From contig JAWXAQ010000016.1 of NCBI GenBank assembly GCA_034439575.1, positions 224,001-288,000 on the forward strand: a stretch of DNA of 64,000 bases, given 5' to 3'. A program made the position numbers and the translations under genes. A model generated the notes under the pieces. That model made no database searches, was not told where the DNA came from, and saw only the letters and a program-made list of their open reading frames with translations. This DNA is from Leptospira sp. (lineage in GTDB: Bacteria; Spirochaetota; Leptospiria; Leptospirales; Leptospiraceae). Of this stretch, positions 59,924-64,000 are shown one piece after another (the stretch's first letter is position 1; each line of letters begins with the position of its first letter).

Positions 59924-61888
59924 ATGTTAGACCCCAATCTCCCCGAACTTAGAGTGATGGATTATACTGCCTGCTTGCAAAAGGTGCAGGCAATGGATTC
60001 ACGGGGAGACTTTTCTTACAAAGGTATTTATAAAGTACTTCTTGTTATCTTTGAATGGACTGATAAATTTTTACAGAATAAAGTTTTACCAAACATCGAA
60101 CAAATCGAAAGAGATAGTTCTATTGATCGGGATCGCACAGAAATTTATGCAACTGATTTATGTTTTCGTCAAAACCCACCTATATTAAAAAAATTGAATG
60201 TGATTGAATTCCATCCAAATGAAGTGGGTGATTCGGAAAATCCTAGGACATTTTTAAAACACAATACCGTATTTGCAAGGCCTACAACGAGTGATGGTGG
60301 TACTGCTTTTCGATATGCACTTGGATTGAATGAATTATCGGCAAATGCAATTAAGAGTTGGTTTTCAGAAAAACGAAAGTATGTGGGAAAAGAGAAATTA
60401 AAAAAAATTATCAAAGCCGCAGTCGATTCCAGTAGATTATTTGATACCTATTCATCTACAGAACTTGGAAATTTATTTCAATGCCCTTTTGATAAAACCA
60501 AAGCACAGAAAGATGCGACAATCATCATCCATCTGAAACCTATACTCAAACAATTGGTTGATGATAAAGTATTGTTTTTCTTCAGAAATGATAAAGCTAG
60601 TCGGCCTGGGAACAAATCAGTATTTGTTTATAATAAATCCGAAGAACTGGCCGATAGATACGAAGCCTATTTGGACTACATTAAAAATACCATTTACCCC
60701 GCATTGCAAAAACTAGGTGTTGTCAATGAAGTGAATGAAGATACTTGGAAAGCTCCCAAGGCAAAATTAACAGAAATACTCGGATATTTAAACGATTCTT
60801 ATGGTGATCAAAAGACATTAGTTGAAGAATCTATCATCCTGAATGAAATTATTGAAAAAGATAAAGAAAAAGAAGAAAAACAAAAGCGCAAACAACAGAT
60901 AGAAGATATAATGACTTTTCTCGCACAGGCGGGAAGGATCGTTGAACTTAATTTATTACGTGTAGCTGGGGAGCCGATCACAGATGAGTTCCGAGCCCAA
61001 TTGTTATCACAACCTGAAATACTATATGCAGAGTTTGCAGATCGAAAAATTTACAATGAATTTATTTTACATAAAGCTTGTATCGAAGCTGCTATAGAAT
61101 CTGCAAAAAGAAATTTTATATCAAAAAAAGCTGATTTAGAAATACGAGTTCTTGGACTAATGAATGTTACGGTGCACTTAATGGATGAAGGCCCAAAACG
61201 AATATTGGAAGAAATAGAGGCGCAAAGTTTTTTTAGTTTTTTACCTTTGATTACAAAGTTATGGCGCATGTTAATCGGTGCAATGACGGTTCATAAACAT
61301 GAGATTCCTGCGATCAGAGCTAGGCTACAAAACCAATTGAGTCGGGATTTAGCCACTCAAAAAGCCATTAAAATGTCCAAGGAAAAAGAAAGGATCGTCA
61401 AAGAACGCGTCAAAGAAAGAGAAGAGAAAGAAACGAAAACTGTCGTCAAGCAAGCGTCAGCTGATGGCGAAGAAAGTGAACCTGTTAAGACAGGAAGCCC
61501 CGAAGAAGAAAAGAAATGGAAAGAATCCATGGACGAAATTGTTAAAATTTTGGACGAAGCATGGGATTTTGGAGTATTTCCAGATCGCGAATACGTTTTA
61601 TCAAAATTAAACGGTAAGTATACCGAAGAAAATTTGATTTTCTTTTTAAAGAAATTTGGTGGTAAAGAAATTTATTCCTATTCGATCCGCAACCAAAGAG
61701 AGAAATTTCCATGGCCAGTCCTTGTTTCCTCTAGTTATTTGAAAAAGAACGGAAAAAAATTATTAGAAAAAGCAAATGAAGATAGTAACAAACAACGTAA
61801 CGAAAAATTTCCAAATCAAGAAAAATTTGACATTGCCGAATCGCAAGTCGACTTTCTAAATAGAATCTTACCTCGATTAAAACAATAA
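59924..61888 (+). CDS. Hypothetical protein with coiled coils
   Basis: 654-aa ORF between asd and pyk. Confidence 0.8.
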   Translation: MLDPNLPELRVMDYTACLQKVQAMDSRGDFSYKGIYKVLLVIFEWTDKFLQNKVLPNIEQIERDSSIDRDRTEIYATDLCFRQNPPILKKLNVIEFHPNEVGDSENPRTFLKHNTVFARPTTSDGGTAFRYALGLNELSANAIKSWFSEKRKYVGKEKLKKIIKAAVDSSRLFDTYSSTELGNLFQCPFDKTKAQKDATIIIHLKPILKQLVDDKVLFFFRNDKASRPGNKSVFVYNKSEELADRYEAYLDYIKNTIYPALQKLGVVNEVNEDTWKAPKAKLTEILGYLNDSYGDQKTLVEESIILNEIIEKDKEKEEKQKRKQQIEDIMTFLAQAGRIVELNLLRVAGEPITDEFRAQLLSQPEILYAEFADRKIYNEFILHKACIEAAIESAKRNFISKKADLEIRVLGLMNVTVHLMDEGPKRILEEIEAQSFFSFLPLITKLWRMLIGAMTVHKHEIPAIRARLQNQLSRDLATQKAIKMSKEKERIVKERVKEREEKETKTVVKQASADGEESEPVKTGSPEEEKKWKESMDEIVKILDEAWDFGVFPDREYVLSKLNGKYTEENLIFFLKKFGGKEIYSYSIRNQREKFPWPVLVSSSYLKKNGKKLLEKANEDSNKQRNEKFPNQEKFDIAESQVDFLNRILPRLKQ

Positions 61889-61889
61889 A

Positions 61890-63323
61890 ATGCCTGCAAT
61901 AGAAGATAGAAGAGCCCGTAAAACGAAGATTATTTGTACCATTGGACCGGCGACGGCAACCAAGGATATGTTGTACCAACTAGCAATGGCTGGAATGAAC
62001 ATTGCCAGAATTAACATGTCTCATGGGGACCATGAGTTTCATAGAAAGATCATTCGAACTATCAAAAGTTTGAATAAAGACGAATTGCATAAACATCCTA
62101 TTTCCATACTTTTAGATACACAAGGTCCAGAGATTCGAACTGGGGATGTTTTGAATGATCTACATTTAAATGTAGGAGAAACATTTACATTTCATATCAT
62201 ACCTGGTATGGAAGCGGAAGCACAAAGTGTATTTGTGAACTACCGAGATATTGTAAAAGATTTAAAAGTAGGTGATAAGGTAACAGTCGATAACGGACTC
62301 ATCAATTTAGTCGTATTGGAAATCAAAGAAAACGAATTGGTCTGTACTGTGTTAGATGGTGGTAAACTTGGTTCAAGAAAACATATAAATTTACCAGGCA
62401 TTCGAGTTAATTTACCTTCGATAACGCCAAAAGATTTAAAAGATATTGTTTTCGGTTTGGAAGAGGATATTGATTTTGTGGCCCTTTCTTTTGTTCGGTC
62501 ACATGAAGATGTGATACAGCTAAGAGGTATCATAGAAGAAAGAAACCATCATGCGCAAATCATTGCAAAAATTGAAGACCAAGAGGGTTTAAAAAACCTA
62601 GACGAAATCATCAAATATTCTGATGGGATTATGGTGGCACGAGGGGATCTCGGGGTAGAGATCGAGATCGAAGAGTTACCCATCGTTCAAAGAAGGATTA
62701 TTAAACGTTGCCAAGAAGAAGGCAAACGAGTGATAGTTGCAACTCATTTACTTGAGTCTATGATAAATAATGCTTCACCTACCCGTGCTGAGGTGACTGA
62801 TGTTGCCAATGCGGTTTATGAAGAAGCAGATGCTATCATGTTGTCTGGCGAAACTGCAATGGGGAAATTTCCAGTTCGTTGTGTTGAAATGTTGGACAAA
62901 ATTTCACGTAGGATGGAGCGGTCGATTAACTTGGGTATGGCGGCAAACCGCAATCCAAAAGACAAAAAAGAAGAGATGGCGAAGGCTGCCGCAAATCTAG
63001 CCGATAATTTACAATCTCCAGCGATCATTGTCATTACAAGACGCGGGATTACAGCAAATAATGTAGCATCTTTTCATCCTAAATATCCAATTGTTCATGC
63101 ATTTACAAATATGACATCCGTTCGGCGGAAGTTATGGATGACCAGGGGTGTGATACCGTATCGCGTTGATTTTTCTTCAGATCCAGAAAAAACTATAAAA
63201 CTTGCGATTCAAACATTGCAAAACAATGGTTATTTGCAAATCGGTGAGAAAGTTGTCATTTTATCCGATATCATTGCGGGTGAAGATAGAGTCGAAACAA
63301 TCCAAGTGCGTGATGTAAAATAA
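61890..63323 (+). CDS. pyk: Pyruvate kinase
   Basis: [42 protein letters not shown]. Confidence 0.97.
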   Translation: MPAIEDRRARKTKIICTIGPATATKDMLYQLAMAGMNIARINMSHGDHEFHRKIIRTIKSLNKDELHKHPISILLDTQGPEIRTGDVLNDLHLNVGETFTFHIIPGMEAEAQSVFVNYRDIVKDLKVGDKVTVDNGLINLVVLEIKENELVCTVLDGGKLGSRKHINLPGIRVNLPSITPKDLKDIVFGLEEDIDFVALSFVRSHEDVIQLRGIIEERNHHAQIIAKIEDQEGLKNLDEIIKYSDGIMVARGDLGVEIEIEELPIVQRRIIKRCQEEGKRVIVATHLLESMINNASPTRAEVTDVANAVYEEADAIMLSGETAMGKFPVRCVEMLDKISRRMERSINLGMAANRNPKDKKEEMAKAAANLADNLQSPAIIVITRRGITANNVASFHPKYPIVHAFTNMTSVRRKLWMTRGVIPYRVDFSSDPEKTIKLAIQTLQNNGYLQIGEKVVILSDIIAGEDRVETIQVRDVK

Positions 63324-63337
63324 GAGTTACAATTTGC

Positions 63338-64000
63338 GTGAGGGATTTTTTAAGTTACAGAATAGCGAGTATTAGTTGTTTTATTTTGTATTTTTTGTTT
63401 GGACTTTCTGTATCCTTGTACTCACAAGATTCGCCAGTAAAACCCAAGCCTCTTCATGAAATTCCTTCTTGGATCGGTGAGTTTAAAAAATTAGATGAAA
63501 AGGAATTAGCGCAAAAAAAGGAAGGATGGTACATTACTGGACTTCCACTTTTTGGAAGTGATGCGGTCTCTGGCAGTGGCGCTGGAGTTTTAGCTAATGT
63601 TTTTATCAATGGGGATAAAAATAATCCTTCTTTTGCCTATGTACCTTACGAACATCAGATTTCTGTCGGGGCATATCAGACAACAAGGTCAACTAAGAAC
63701 TATTTTGTGGCATGGGATGCACCGTATTTTTTAGATTCTCCTTTTCGTGTTAAAACTTTGTTAGGTCATGATTCAAATTTGCATAATCAATATTTTGGAG
63801 TTGGGAAGGAAGCACTAACACCTCTTTCCTATTTAGAGCGTAATCAACCTGATGGAAGACTTGTTCGCAATGGGACGTATTCGGATTTTGAGACTGCAAA
63901 TTCTTATTATACAAATAGAGGATTTGGTCGAGAGGCTGTATCAACGCAGAGAAATCATGAATACCAATTTGAAACGACCTATGCTCAGTTTTTTTTAGAT
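63338..64000 (+). CDS. Partial outer-membrane (Omp85/surface antigen-like) protein
   Basis: Hand translation from GTG: MRDFLSY...LYSQDSP...KKEGWYITGLPLFGSDAVSGSGAG; continues towards the window end. Confidence 0.6.
   Translation, partial: MRDFLSYRIASISCFILYFLFGLSVSLYSQDSPVKPKPLHEIPSWIGEFKKLDEKELAQKKEGWYITGLPLFGSDAVSGSGAGVLANVFINGDKNNPSFAYVPYEHQISVGAYQTTRSTKNYFVAWDAPYFLDSPFRVKTLLGHDSNLHNQYFGVGKEALTPLSYLERNQPDGRLVRNGTYSDFETANSYYTNRGFGREAVSTQRNHEYQFETTYAQFFLD

Overview
AT-rich Leptospira-like DNA, most likely the origin-spanning part of the small chromosome (CII). This rests on the parA-parB-rep cassette beside a discoidin-domain gene, plus asd, pyk, the moxR-batABD-htpG operon and a LIC20035-like lipoprotein. 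No rRNA, tRNA, CRISPR array or transposase was seen. Best candidate for an undescribed system: a consensus sigma-54 promoter (53775-53790) heads a unit of ~420 nt of structured RNA, a basic 127-aa protein, ~880 nt of ORF-poor, highly base-paired RNA with a 20-nt direct repeat, and a 71-aa Zn-ribbon protein. Other highlights: a repABC-like replicon with 23-bp iterons inside rep and a putative ~60-nt antisense RNA; two ParAB systems, each with its own palindromic parS candidate; an in-frame TAA breaking htpG; an omptin-like protease; and a tail-fibre-repeat protein next to rep. All calls come from motif reading and hand-checked base pairing, with no database searches.
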